Below, in pieces: positions 41,802 to 51,534 of a stretch of DNA of 64,000 nucleotides. The stretch comes from Ignavibacteriae bacterium HGW-Ignavibacteriae-1. Its GTDB lineage: Bacteria; Bacteroidota; Ignavibacteria; Kapaibacteriales; UBA2268. The first letter of the stretch is position 1. Every line of letters begins with the position of its first letter. Position numbers and translations under genes: made by a program. The stretch spans positions 3,218 through 67,217 of the forward strand of contig PGYU01000011.1 in NCBI GenBank assembly GCA_002839825.1, written 5' to 3'. A model generated the notes under the pieces. The model saw nothing but the letters and a program-made list of their open reading frames with translations. It ran no database searches and was not told where the DNA came from.

Positions 41802-42278
41802 TTATTCGTTGATTATTTCTGTGTTTTCACATAGTTCTTTCAACTTGTCGAGTGCTTTTGGGTAGGTCTGGTTCATATAATCCAAAAAATCTTCAGTAGT
41901 GTCTAAGTCAACAGTAACTGTAGTAGTTCCGTTGTTTTCTTCGAAGGTATAATTTTCTAATCCGTTTGCCCATTTTTCTACTTCCGGTCCTTCTGTAATT
42001 TCTACATTACCTTTTAATAGTCCATAATGACGAATTGAAATAAAGCGGTAAGGAGTATTGTCAACTATCTCAGAAACCATACCACCTTTTTCTCCATTCT
42101 CATCAAATCCTATGAACAATATTTTGCTGCCTTTATTCCAACTCCCTTCATATGTAGATGTTGGATTGAACAAAGCTGTCCATTGTTCATAAGTTGATTT
42201 ATTGTTAATGCCCAGCATCACTTCATATACTTTGCTTGCAGGTGCATTTATGCGTATTTTGAATTGTATTTTTTTCAT
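41802..42278 (-). CDS. SRPBCC/START-domain protein
   Basis: I.INAP..KV, W...F.P.S.YEGSW.KGS, ENYTF, PKAL.KLK. Confidence 0.85.
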   Translation of the reverse strand: MKKIQFKIRINAPASKVYEVMLGINNKSTYEQWTALFNPTSTYEGSWNKGSKILFIGFDENGEKGGMVSEIVDNTPYRFISIRHYGLLKGNVEITEGPEVEKWANGLENYTFEENNGTTTVTVDLDTTEDFLDYMNQTYPKALDKLKELCENTEIINE

Positions 42279-42302
42279 AATTACCTATTGATTATTAGAT
42301 TA

Positions 42303-42420
42303 AATAGACTCACTTATTTACTTCATACTATCAAATAATGTTATACAAATCTAATAAAAATTTTTGTATCTACAAAATTATTTTGTATGATAACAAAATA
42401 ATTGGGTATTTGCAAATTTA
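42303..42420 (-). promoter_or_regulatory. module head: degenerate attI-like site + promoter (TAGATTTG 42346-42353)
   Basis: Minus strand GTAAAT-AAGTGA-GTC; upstream part closely resembles 40875-40955. Confidence 0.6.
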
Positions 42421-42522
42421 TAATATTAGTGCAAGCAATCATAAACTTTTATAGAAGCACAAATCATGATTTAACCACTTCCCCAACAATTTTTAATACC
42501 GCTTGTTAGCATATCGTGCTAT

Positions 42523-43311
42523 TTATAAATTAAGTCCATTTTCAATATTTTTTGATAATTTATTTATAAATCGTGCCATTTGAGCTCCGTCAATCACATC
42601 ATGGTCTAAAAGAATTGACATATTTAGGATTTCTCTTATTTCTATCCTATCATCTACAACAGTTGGTTTCTTTATTATCGAACTTAATCCGAAGCAGATT
42701 GGATGAATCGAAATTGGAATAAACCACCCTTTAACTTGTCCCATCATACCAATAGAAGTAATTGCTACATTTCCCATTTTAGTATAAGCAAGTTTTGGAT
42801 GCCTTAATAAATATTTCCAAAAGTATCTCCTCATAAATCCCGGAAGAAAGTAATATATCTTTTCAAGTCTATCTGCTTTTTTCTGAAGTACTATATCGTT
42901 ATTCGTAAGTGGCTTATCCTTTGCATCATTAATTAGCATTGCAATCGTTTCTATGCTTATTTCATTTGCTTTTTCAATTAGGAGTGGTATTGGTACTTTT
43001 TGACCATTTAAATCTTTTTCAACAATAACTGATACATTTATATCTTCAAAAATTATCAATTTATTTCTACCATTAAGATAAGAAGATGCAGTCTCATATT
43101 GACTTATTGTATGACTTATCACATAAATAATCCACGCAGTAAACGAAATCTTGTTACTGTTATTTCTATTGTAATCCCTAATTTTTTCTCGGCTTTTTGA
43201 AATATCAAGTTCAATCAAACCGGTAACATGATGTTTTTGTTTACCAATCTCGCAAACATCTATCGTCGCTATCCGAGATTGTGGAAATTTATATATTTTA
43301 TACTTTGTCAT
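42523..43311 (-). CDS. stand-alone 2-oxoacid dehydrogenase E2-type acyltransferase domain
   Basis: DHDVIDGA..ARF catalytic-like motif; no lipoyl domain. Confidence 0.8.
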   Translation of the reverse strand: MTKYKIYKFPQSRIATIDVCEIGKQKHHVTGLIELDISKSREKIRDYNRNNSNKISFTAWIIYVISHTISQYETASSYLNGRNKLIIFEDINVSVIVEKDLNGQKVPIPLLIEKANEISIETIAMLINDAKDKPLTNNDIVLQKKADRLEKIYYFLPGFMRRYFWKYLLRHPKLAYTKMGNVAITSIGMMGQVKGWFIPISIHPICFGLSSIIKKPTVVDDRIEIREILNMSILLDHDVIDGAQMARFINKLSKNIENGLNL

Positions 43312-43342
43312 CTTATGTGTGTGTTTGATTTCTCAGCATGTA

Positions 43343-43400
43343 GCGCCACTTGCTTATTTACCCCACAATATCCACTCTACAAAAATAGTGAAAAAATCCA
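43343..43400 (-). promoter_or_regulatory. module head: degenerate attI-like site + TATTTTTG promoter (43380-43387)
   Basis: Minus strand GTAAAT-AAGCAA-GTG. Confidence 0.55.
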
Positions 43401-43409
43401 TATTCCCCT

Positions 43410-44339
43410 TTACTGCTTTCTTATCTCAACACGTCTGTTTTTAGCTTTTCCGTCATCGGTGGAATTGTCAGCGATGGGTTTGAGTGGACCAAAGCCAACA
43501 CTATTTATGCGCTGTGCAGCAATGCCTTTGCTGACAAGGGCAGTTTTTACACTTGCTGCACGCTGCTCAGATAGCTTTTGGTTTGACGTAAAGTTGCCAA
43601 CGTTATCAGTATGTCCTTCGATGATAATATTCAATGCCGGATTGTCGGTGAGCATCTTATACAATTCATCTATGATGCTTTGCGAATCACTTTTGATAGC
43701 AGATTTTCCCGTTTCAAAGTTGATATATAAAGTTAGTGCATTACCGGAATTAATTTTGTCAAACATTTCGTTGGCTTGAATATCTTGAATCATAGCTTCT
43801 TTTTCAGCTATTACCATATCATACCCTTCGCCTTCGCCGTTCATCTGAACATAAACCCAAATTTCTTTGTTGTCATTGGCAAATTTAATAGTTTGCCCCC
43901 AATTAGTGCAGCTATTACCAAAGGGAATAGTACCACCGTTGATACCTGAGCCGCTATACTCGTAATTTCCGGTGCACCATCCTTGATATTCACCTTGGAC
44001 GACACCGCCCTTTTGCTTAGCCGCGTTCTGGAAATTACGGAATATTTGCAAGCCCGAAGCAGCTTTTGCATCATCTTGCAACAAGTAATTAAATACCATT
44101 ATTTTCCCTTCAATGTTCTCCGATTTCATTAAGTTATCATTATCAGGGTCCGGAGCTCCCACAGGGAATTTCATAGAGCCAAATTCGACCTCGGCACAGT
44201 CATTCAAAAAATAGTTTGGCATTCGGTTGAACAGTGGATGGTCATTGCATCCGTCGGCATCATCTTGAGATAGTAGATTTCCACTCATTGCAATCATAAT
44301 AGTTGCAATTACGATTAAATTCAAATAATTTGTTTTCAT
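43410..44339 (-). CDS. OmpA-family protein with DUF4892-like N-domain
   Basis: D..GC.DHPLF.RMP, INFETGKS, EGHTDNVG, NRRVEI. Confidence 0.88.
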   Translation of the reverse strand: MKTNYLNLIVIATIMIAMSGNLLSQDDADGCNDHPLFNRMPNYFLNDCAEVEFGSMKFPVGAPDPDNDNLMKSENIEGKIMVFNYLLQDDAKAASGLQIFRNFQNAAKQKGGVVQGEYQGWCTGNYEYSGSGINGGTIPFGNSCTNWGQTIKFANDNKEIWVYVQMNGEGEGYDMVIAEKEAMIQDIQANEMFDKINSGNALTLYINFETGKSAIKSDSQSIIDELYKMLTDNPALNIIIEGHTDNVGNFTSNQKLSEQRAASVKTALVSKGIAAQRINSVGFGPLKPIADNSTDDGKAKNRRVEIRKQ

Positions 44340-44344
44340 AGATT

Positions 44345-44415
44345 CCTAATGTTTATTTAAGTAATCAATTCCAAAAAATTCACATTGCAAATATAGTGAA
44401 AAAAGTTTTTACAAT
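44345..44415 (-). promoter_or_regulatory. module head: TATATTTG promoter (44388-44395) with eroded attI-like site
   Basis: aaattcacattgcaaatatagtgaaaaa shared with 48903 and 50969. Confidence 0.55.
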
Positions 44416-44465
44416 GTTGGGGAAATTTTTGATGGTGGAACTTGGGGAGGGGAGCGAAGATTGAT

Positions 44466-45635
44466 TTAAGAACTTGATCGCTGATTGCGAGAAGGTGGTG
44501 TTAGGGTCTGTAGCATTTCTTCTTTAAAGTTTATCAATAAATCTTTTATTAGTATTTCAAATCTGAAATTTACATAGTCCAAAGTGTTCAGATGTTCCTG
44601 TTTCTCTGTAATCTTTCTGAAATTATGAGTAATTAAATTTCTTAAATCATAGAGAGCATCAGGTGAGTCATTTGCTTCTTTTTCAAAATCTATAAGAATC
44701 TTATTGCACTCTTGAAATAAATCAGTTTTAATAGATTGTTCAATTGAATTTTCAGTGATTATTTTCCCAAGTCTTTTTCGCTCATTTAAAGAAGTAAGAT
44801 TTTCTCGTAAATCATTTCTGGTCAGTTTTTTATTTGAATAGTCATCTATATTTTTTAGAAATTCTACTTCATATAAGTCTTCAGACATTAATTCGATAAT
44901 TTGATATAGATAATGAAAGCGCATTAATGGGTGAAGCACTCCATTTAAAAGGTTCTTGTAGAGCTCTTTGATATAAAAATTATCTGAGTAGATATTACAC
45001 ATTTTCTTTAATGTGATTCTTTGCCTATCATTTCTAATATTAACGAAAAAGTTCTCGATGTCTTGGTAATTATGAATTGGATTCTTGTTGTCATTTATTT
45101 TGTATATGTAATAACCGAAACCTGTTAAAGAAGGTAAATAATATTCAATGCTGAAATTATTAACAAGGGCTTTTTGGGATTTACTTATAATTAGAATAAT
45201 TAAATCCTTAGGATAGAAATCTTCAATGGAAAGCGATATGGAAGGATTATAATTATGGCTTCTTAAATGAAAATTCTCGTGATTAAGTAATAATTTATTA
45301 TATGCTACGAATGCATATTTTAAAAAGTGAATATTTGTGGCCTTGTCGTGTTCGTTAGACAAAAGTGCTTGTAGTGGGAAAATCCAACCGATTCTTGTAT
45401 CTGGCTCATTAACATATACCTCGAAAATATCATTTTCAGCATTTAAATAAGGATTATGTAAGTATACTATTTCATAATCTTCAACAAGATAATCCGTCTT
45501 TGGCTCAAGTTTATAATTGATTGACAATTCAACCAAACCATCCACATCTTTCAAAAAAAATGTAGACAGACTTTTGTCATACGTTACATATGGGATTTTT
45601 AGTTGTTGTTCATTATATGATAATGCTAACGCCAT
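44466..45635 (-). CDS. putative HEPN-domain nuclease
   Basis: C-terminal F..LYQIIE ... LYDLRNLITHN (RxxxxH); reads through an attC R'' at 44500-44506. Confidence 0.6.
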   Translation of the reverse strand: MALALSYNEQQLKIPYVTYDKSLSTFFLKDVDGLVELSINYKLEPKTDYLVEDYEIVYLHNPYLNAENDIFEVYVNEPDTRIGWIFPLQALLSNEHDKATNIHFLKYAFVAYNKLLLNHENFHLRSHNYNPSISLSIEDFYPKDLIILIISKSQKALVNNFSIEYYLPSLTGFGYYIYKINDNKNPIHNYQDIENFFVNIRNDRQRITLKKMCNIYSDNFYIKELYKNLLNGVLHPLMRFHYLYQIIELMSEDLYEVEFLKNIDDYSNKKLTRNDLRENLTSLNERKRLGKIITENSIEQSIKTDLFQECNKILIDFEKEANDSPDALYDLRNLITHNFRKITEKQEHLNTLDYVNFRFEILIKDLLINFKEEMLQTLTPPSRNQRSSS

Positions 45636-45637
45636 AC

Positions 45638-46819
45638 CTATTTAGTTTTTCTTTCGTAAGAATGGTATGCTTCGTTAACTGCGGAGTTAATATTTAAATA
45701 TGAATCTCCTTTCTTGTCAAATAATTCTCTGAAAAAGAAATGAAAGTATAATCGTTGGTCATTTCCAATTTTTTTTGCGTGAACTCGGATTCTATCTAGG
45801 TATATTAAAATCTCATCAAAAGCGTCTTTAGGATTTTCAACTTTTAATACATCTATTAAATCATTCACCTCTGTAATACCATTGATCACTTCTAAATCAT
45901 AAAGTCTTCCGATGGCAGACCCGAATCCGGTCATTGTTTGCGATTTATTTATCAGTTTAATTGCATTTGTAGCAAAAGGTCCAGCGGAAAATATATATTC
46001 TATCGTTTCAGCGTTGAATACATAGTTTTCTGATAACTCTTCAAATTTTTCTACTAGCTTGTGGTAGGTAGTCAAATATTTATTAAAAAGGTCACTATCA
46101 GGTTGCTCCTTAGATAGCTTTTCTAAGCTTTTAATATTGTCCAATAAATGAGATCGCTCAATTGGCAATTCATTTCTCTCTAAATAAGAGTTAAAACCAT
46201 CAATTATATCTCTGAAATTATATTCCCCTTTCTTCCTTGGCGTTTTATCATCTTTCTCAGTATAAAGTTTTATATCATCTATGCTGTTTGTCAAATAGTC
46301 AGAGAATAAAATTTCTATTTGGTGTCTTACCGACATAGGAGTTTGCCCAGTATTTAAAGTAAGCATTCTATAAAGTATACCTAGCTTATTTATCCCTATA
46401 TAAACTTCAATTCTTAAAAATCTATTGTAAAAATTCTCAAGAATGACGCTATCATCGTCAGATACTAATTCCTTTTCTGCATCTATAATTGTGTGCGTCC
46501 TTTGCAATCCATCTAATATTAAAAGATTAGATTGATGTTTTTCAATATTACTTATGATTTCAGTGTCGGTAGCATTTTGAGAAATAATATCAGTAGGTAT
46601 ATTACTTATTGCTAATACTATTGGTGGTATTATACATCCGGTTTTTAAATCTGATTTTAATAAGCTATAGATTGTAGATGATGACTTTACACGCCTTCTT
46701 TGAAATTCATTGCTCTTAATAATATTCTTTGCAATTTTTAAATAATCAACGTACGTTATTTCGATTTGAACGTTCAACGCGTTGATTCTTTTGTCAAATA
46801 TTTTAGATGCTATTTTCAT
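45638..46819 (-). CDS. DUF262/ParB-Srx-like domain protein
   Basis: FQRR, IPPIVL, ILDGLQRT, LNTGQTPMS. Confidence 0.65.
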   Translation of the reverse strand: MKIASKIFDKRINALNVQIEITYVDYLKIAKNIIKSNEFQRRRVKSSSTIYSLLKSDLKTGCIIPPIVLAISNIPTDIISQNATDTEIISNIEKHQSNLLILDGLQRTHTIIDAEKELVSDDDSVILENFYNRFLRIEVYIGINKLGILYRMLTLNTGQTPMSVRHQIEILFSDYLTNSIDDIKLYTEKDDKTPRKKGEYNFRDIIDGFNSYLERNELPIERSHLLDNIKSLEKLSKEQPDSDLFNKYLTTYHKLVEKFEELSENYVFNAETIEYIFSAGPFATNAIKLINKSQTMTGFGSAIGRLYDLEVINGITEVNDLIDVLKVENPKDAFDEILIYLDRIRVHAKKIGNDQRLYFHFFFRELFDKKGDSYLNINSAVNEAYHSYERKTK

Positions 46820-46850
46820 ATGTGTTATATGTCGTCTTTATTTCTATTGA

Positions 46851-46925
46851 ACCAAACTCATTTATTTACGTAATATCAATAAACGATTTGCAAATCTAAC
46901 AAAATATTTCTGAATCTCCAAATTT
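46851..46925 (-). promoter_or_regulatory. module head: attI-like site (46851-46869) + -33/-7 promoter
   Basis: TTTG(46919-46922)-N20-TAGATTTG(46891-46898); GTAAAT-AAATGA-GTTTGGT. Confidence 0.75.
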
Positions 46926-46989
46926 ATTACGATTCCGCAATAAATCACAAACTTTGATAGCAAAAACTTATCAGTTGCCAATCGTACTT

Positions 46990-47871
46990 TTATTTTTTAG
47001 CTTTTTCCATATAAGGTTCAAAAAATTGCAAATCAACTTCATAAACAGTTCTCGGTTTAACGCCTAATTCTACGCGTTTAAACATTTCTACCAATTTTTC
47101 GCCATCTACTAATTCCACCTGAGGCGCACCATCTCTATTTGCTTCTTTAATTGAATCCGATGAGAAAGTTCCGGTAGTCATAATAATACCTTTTTCCGCC
47201 CTGCCAATCATTGCATTTCTAAAATCACCCACTTGCGATCTTGAGACCGTTCCTTTGTATCTTTTGCATTGAAATAATACTTTAAAACTTACAAATGGAT
47301 TCATTTCTAAAGTACCATATCCATCAATCCCACCGTCATGAGATTGTCCGGTTACAACCACCTTTTCAAAACCAGATTCACGCAGCAATCGTTGGCATAT
47401 TTTTTCAAAACCTTCCGGTGATAGACTTTGAAGAACTTGCAACAAATCCATTTTATTTGATGCCTGTATTTCGTCCGGCTGATTCTCTTCAAGCTCTTCT
47501 ATGATTTCCTTTTCTGATTTGTCTCGCTTAGCCTGTCTATGAATGTCAACCCATTTTAAGAAAATCTCTTTAGCTTGCTCATCATTCAATGTAGTAGATT
47601 CACCTTTGGGTGATAAAGCCCAAATTCCATGCTGTGATGTATCTAAAAGTCCTTCCCAAGCAAGATATTGTCTCGCCCAAGCCACTTGATTATAATATCT
47701 TGATTGACCAGAATCAAGCAATTCATTTAATTTTTCATCATGCAGATCAAAATTTTCTGCAATTTTATCGGACGCTTCTCTAGGTTTTGCCGAACCACCA
47801 AGCTGCCTGAGCGCATCTAAGAGTGGTCCAAACCATCTTACAAATTCTGAACTATTTCTTTTTTTTGCCAT
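46990..47871 (-). CDS. mrr: Mrr-family type IV restriction endonuclease
   Basis: Mrr_N (NQVAWAR.YL...GLL), DGGIDG, QCKRY, TTG.F, LVDG. Confidence 0.9.
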   Translation of the reverse strand: MAKKRNSSEFVRWFGPLLDALRQLGGSAKPREASDKIAENFDLHDEKLNELLDSGQSRYYNQVAWARQYLAWEGLLDTSQHGIWALSPKGESTTLNDEQAKEIFLKWVDIHRQAKRDKSEKEIIEELEENQPDEIQASNKMDLLQVLQSLSPEGFEKICQRLLRESGFEKVVVTGQSHDGGIDGYGTLEMNPFVSFKVLFQCKRYKGTVSRSQVGDFRNAMIGRAEKGIIMTTGTFSSDSIKEANRDGAPQVELVDGEKLVEMFKRVELGVKPRTVYEVDLQFFEPYMEKAKK

Positions 47872-47904
47872 TATATTAAGTATGTTTCTGTCATTTTAAT
47901 ATTA

Positions 47905-47985
47905 CCCCAAATCCTATACTTACCCGAATAATATCCAAATTCCCTCCTACAAATCTAACAAAATATTTTTGAATCTCCAAATCCA
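47905..47985 (-). promoter_or_regulatory. module head: degenerate attI-like site + -33/-7 promoter
   Basis: TTTG(47978-47981)-N20-TAGATTTG(47950-47957); GTAAGT-ATAGGA-TTT. Confidence 0.6.
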
Positions 47986-47993
47986 TTCCCGTC

Positions 47994-48875
47994 TTACTCA
48001 TTTTCTTCATAATAATAAGAATAGTCAATTCCTTTCATAAACATTTCGCTGTCGTTTATTTTGGTGGTTAAAGCGTTTTTCAACAGTTTCTTCAGAAGGC
48101 TATTGTTTGTTGGGCTTTGCTTCATTGCGTTCATGTAATCATTTTTTGTGATTTTACTCCAATCCACACATTTTTTTAAGTGTTTTTTTATGAGCAAATC
48201 TAACCATATTCGGGCGCTTCTGCCGTTTCCTTCCATAAAAGGGTGAGCAATATTCATTTCTACATATTTTTCAAGGATTTCGTCAAAAGTAGTTTCGGGC
48301 ATTGCATCAATTCGCTGTAATGTTTCGCCCAAGAATCGTGATGCAGCAAATTGAAAGCCTCCTTTTGAAATGTTTTTTTGCCTGATTTGTCCTGCAAAAT
48401 CATATAAGCCACCAAACAAATAAGCGTGAATCTGTTGCAAACCTTTTGCTGTGCCAACTTCAATACTGTCTATAAATGTACTTTCAAACAGTGCATAGGC
48501 TTTTGTTTTGCTTTTGCCGTCTATGCTTTCATCACTAAAGGTAAACCATTCGATAAATCGGTTGGCTTTAGTACCCGGAAAGCTTTTGCCCAATGCAATT
48601 ATACCCTGATAATCCATCATATCAGCCAAACGCTTTTTGCCGTCGGGGGCAAGAAATTTCAACTGGGTAGTGACACTAACCACTTGACTGTTTTCTTTCT
48701 TTAATTTAGCTTTAAGATATTTCCAATAGTTACGGGTTTTGGTGTAGTCGTCTTGGTCGCTAAGTACTGCTACAATATCCAACACCGAAAACCACCACTT
48801 GGCGTTGTCTTCATCCCACACGGCTCGCACCTCGCGGTCGTCAAAAAATCGTATGGAAATTTTTTCCTTACTCAT
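47994..48875 (-). CDS. fic: Bro-N-like + class III Fic adenylyltransferase
   Basis: VRAVWD....WWFSV.D N-domain; [12 protein letters not shown]; C-terminal inhibitory SYYYE. Confidence 0.88.
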   Translation of the reverse strand: MSKEKISIRFFDDREVRAVWDEDNAKWWFSVLDIVAVLSDQDDYTKTRNYWKYLKAKLKKENSQVVSVTTQLKFLAPDGKKRLADMMDYQGIIALGKSFPGTKANRFIEWFTFSDESIDGKSKTKAYALFESTFIDSIEVGTAKGLQQIHAYLFGGLYDFAGQIRQKNISKGGFQFAASRFLGETLQRIDAMPETTFDEILEKYVEMNIAHPFMEGNGRSARIWLDLLIKKHLKKCVDWSKITKNDYMNAMKQSPTNNSLLKKLLKNALTTKINDSEMFMKGIDYSYYYEENE

Positions 48876-48877
48876 TC

Positions 48878-48935
48878 ACCTAACTCGTTTATATACATTC
48901 TAAAATTCACTTTGCAAATATAGCGAAAATATTTA
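48878..48935 (-). promoter_or_regulatory. module head: attI-like site (48878-48896) + TATATTTG promoter (48915-48922)
   Basis: GTATAT-AAACGA-GTTAGGT, followed 2 nt later by the fic ATG. Confidence 0.75.
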
Positions 48936-48988
48936 GATGTTCGAGTTTGGGGGCGATTCAACTAAACAAGCCTGCATTTCCATTTATT

Positions 48989-49750
48989 TTATAGTATTTT
49001 TTTAGGAAGATTTTCCTCGCCTTCTTTATAGTGCTCATGAAGGTTGACAGGAATTACACTTTTTTTATTCATTCTCATTTGAAGAATATCAACTAATAGC
49101 GAGAATGCCATAGCAAAATATATGTATGCTTTGGGTATTTCGACACCAAATCCTTCGCTAAGTAATGCAAATCCAATGAGTAGCAAGAATGAAAGTGCGA
49201 GCATTTTAAACGCCGGATGCTTGTTTACGAAATTGCTGATAGGTTCTGCAGCAACGAGCATAATTATAACTGTAACCACGACGGCAACATACATCACCCA
49301 AACTTCATTGACCATCCCAATTGCTGTGATAATGGAGTCAATCGAAAAAACAGCATCCATGATTAATATCTGAACTATGACTTGCATAAATGTAGTTGCT
49401 TTGAGATTCTTTGTTACATCGCCCTTTTCGCCTTCCATCTTATGGTAGATTTCTTTGCTGCTTTTGTATAGTAGGAACAATCCGCCTGAAATCAAGACAA
49501 GGTCTTTGCCCGAGAATCCTTGATCTGCAATGTGGAACAAATCATCATCAAGTTTCAATATCAAAGAGACAATCAGCAACAATCCTAATCTCATTATGCC
49601 TGCCAATATAAGCCCAATTTGTCTTGCCTTTTTTTGTTGCTCCGGAGGGAGTTTGGCAGCTAATATTGATATAAAAATAACATTATCTATTCCCAAAATG
49701 GCTTCTAATGCTATTAAGCTTAAGAGTGAAATGATGATTTGATAGTCCAT
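48989..49750 (-). CDS. TerC family membrane protein
   Basis: LE..LGIDN, D.VFS.DS.ITA.GM, PKAYIYFAMAFS. Confidence 0.92.
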   Translation of the reverse strand: MDYQIIISLLSLIALEAILGIDNVIFISILAAKLPPEQQKKARQIGLILAGIMRLGLLLIVSLILKLDDDLFHIADQGFSGKDLVLISGGLFLLYKSSKEIYHKMEGEKGDVTKNLKATTFMQVIVQILIMDAVFSIDSIITAIGMVNEVWVMYVAVVVTVIIMLVAAEPISNFVNKHPAFKMLALSFLLLIGFALLSEGFGVEIPKAYIYFAMAFSLLVDILQMRMNKKSVIPVNLHEHYKEGEENLPKKIL

Positions 49751-49860
49751 AATTCTTTAATGATTATATTTATATACAAATTGTTCTATCATGACGCATA
49801 ACACTCAAATTTATGCAATTGCAATATTATATTTGATGAGTATCGGTTCACCAAACTAAT

Positions 49861-50412
49861 TTACTCATACATTTCAGGGGTGACATTTACCTTGAACGCA
49901 AACTCTCCGTTCTTATCCTTGTAATAATAAACAAAAGTTGTTTGGTTGTCACGATAAATTTTCATGTCGGGGTTTGTCTTAACATTGTTGATGATGCTCG
50001 GCTCAACATATTTTCTCATGGTGTCAAGATTTACGTTCGCTCGATCAATGTCAACCAAAGTGTAATTGTATTGAAAGGAATTGTTGGGCATAGCAATTGT
50101 GTTATCCAAGCGTGTATATTGGTCCACCATCATCGGACAAGATTTATTTAGTTCACTTGCCGCTGCCATCATTACTTTGTCAAAGGATGGTGGTGCGAAA
50201 AATATTTGTTGAACTGCCCAAGAAGTGAGCCCGAAAGCAATTAATCCGAGAACCAGTCCTAAGATTATCTTACTACTGCCGGACTTGTGAGTTTGAACAC
50301 TCTCAGTATTAATCTCTGTCCGAAATTGCGGTAAGGCGTGCCCGCACTTTGAGCAATATTTTGCGTTAGCCGAATTAGCTGCGGCGCAGTTGGTGCATGT
50401 TAGTTTATTCAT
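49861..50412 (-). CDS. zinc-ribbon membrane protein
   Basis: CTNC...CSKCG, one TM helix, LNKSCP..VD..TRLD. Confidence 0.75.
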   Translation of the reverse strand: MNKLTCTNCAAANSANAKYCSKCGHALPQFRTEINTESVQTHKSGSSKIILGLVLGLIAFGLTSWAVQQIFFAPPSFDKVMMAAASELNKSCPMMVDQYTRLDNTIAMPNNSFQYNYTLVDIDRANVNLDTMRKYVEPSIINNVKTNPDMKIYRDNQTTFVYYYKDKNGEFAFKVNVTPEMYE

Positions 50413-50504
50413 ATGTTTATTTATTTAGTGGTCAAAATTTTGTCTAAATGCATTAGGAACCAAGAGCACGTACTTACGTAAGCCTCTATTTCGGCTGCCC
50501 AAAT

Positions 50505-50912
50505 TTATAAAGCATCTATTATTAAAAACAAAACTAAAATCAAAATAGAAAATCCAAGATACATGCCAAAACCGTACAAAGTCCAATTTTTCAAGTCTCG
50601 TGCTTTCCGGTGGTACCCTTGAGCCTTGAATATACGAGCGTATAAGAAAAATAATATTCCCGGAGATAGGAACGCCATCACCCTCCAAATGTCGCCTAAT
50701 GGTATGTTTGCTTTTTCGATTTCTAATATATGTTTAATCTCATTTTCCGTTGTAGCTTTCTGAAGCTGTTCAGAATTCAAATTTCTATTCCTAAGTTCCT
50801 TTTCAGCGGCTTCTACAGCGGCAGCTTGATAATCTTTTCGATGTTCATTTACTATTATTAGCAATTCTGCATCTGACCGCTCAGACATTACATCAGTGAA
50901 TTGATTTTCCAT
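50505..50912 (-). CDS. hypothetical membrane protein
   Basis: SD.ELL.I......DY...A..AA..EL..R N-domain plus TM helices; start at MENQF. Confidence 0.7.
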   Translation of the reverse strand: MENQFTDVMSERSDAELLIIVNEHRKDYQAAAVEAAEKELRNRNLNSEQLQKATTENEIKHILEIEKANIPLGDIWRVMAFLSPGILFFLYARIFKAQGYHRKARDLKNWTLYGFGMYLGFSILILVLFLIIDAL

Positions 50913-50968
50913 ATCATATCTAATAAAGTTAGTAAAGCTCGCATTTTTCCGGATTGCGACACAAATTA

Positions 50969-51015
50969 AAATTTCACATTGCAAATATAGTGAAAAATAT
51001 TATATTTCCAAATTT
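50969..51015 (-). promoter_or_regulatory. module-type -33/-7 promoter with no clear attI
   Basis: TTTG(51009-51012)-N19-TATATTTG(50982-50989). Confidence 0.6.
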
Positions 51016-51099
51016 CGGATGATACTGCAAATAGACTAATTTAATCATACATTTCAGGTGTGACACTCTTTTCATATTATTTTCATGGATAAATTCTTG

Positions 51100-51501
51100 T
51101 CAGTAAATCAACACAGATGCAACAATGACTATTAATCCAAAAATTCCTGCTGCAATATCTATCAACAAGATTTTTTTGCCCGCTTTCTCTGCCAGCATTC
51201 CTGCTACCCACTTTTGAAATTTTTCATAATCGAAAATGAAAATGAGTGCTTTGATGGCTGTAAGCGAGAAAATAATAGTAATTACCATAGAATAAGCCAC
51301 ATCGGTGGTTAATTCCTTATACCATGTAAATGCGACCAACAGTAGCCCAACAATTGCCACAGGTACAATCCATTTGGGACGTTTTTTTGCGTAAGCTTTG
51401 GCGATGAATTTGTTTTCGTCCCAGGGAATCAGGTGCATATAAAATGGTTTCAGCATAGCCGCCAAACCAAAAACAATTCCTAAAATTTTAAAGTAACTCA
51501 T
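51100..51501 (-). CDS. hypothetical membrane protein
   Basis: 133 aa with 4 hydrophobic helices. Confidence 0.7.
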   Translation of the reverse strand: MSYFKILGIVFGLAAMLKPFYMHLIPWDENKFIAKAYAKKRPKWIVPVAIVGLLLVAFTWYKELTTDVAYSMVITIIFSLTAIKALIFIFDYEKFQKWVAGMLAEKAGKKILLIDIAAGIFGLIVIVASVLIY

Positions 51502-51534
51502 TGTTAATCTTGCTTTTAATTCATTTTTGCTTTG

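Noticed and set aside
46851-46869. attI-like sites as dif/pdif (XerCD) sites
   Set aside because: No TTATGTTAAAT XerD arm or 11-6-11 layout; the GTT/AAC cassette ends and attC hairpins fit integron geometry better.
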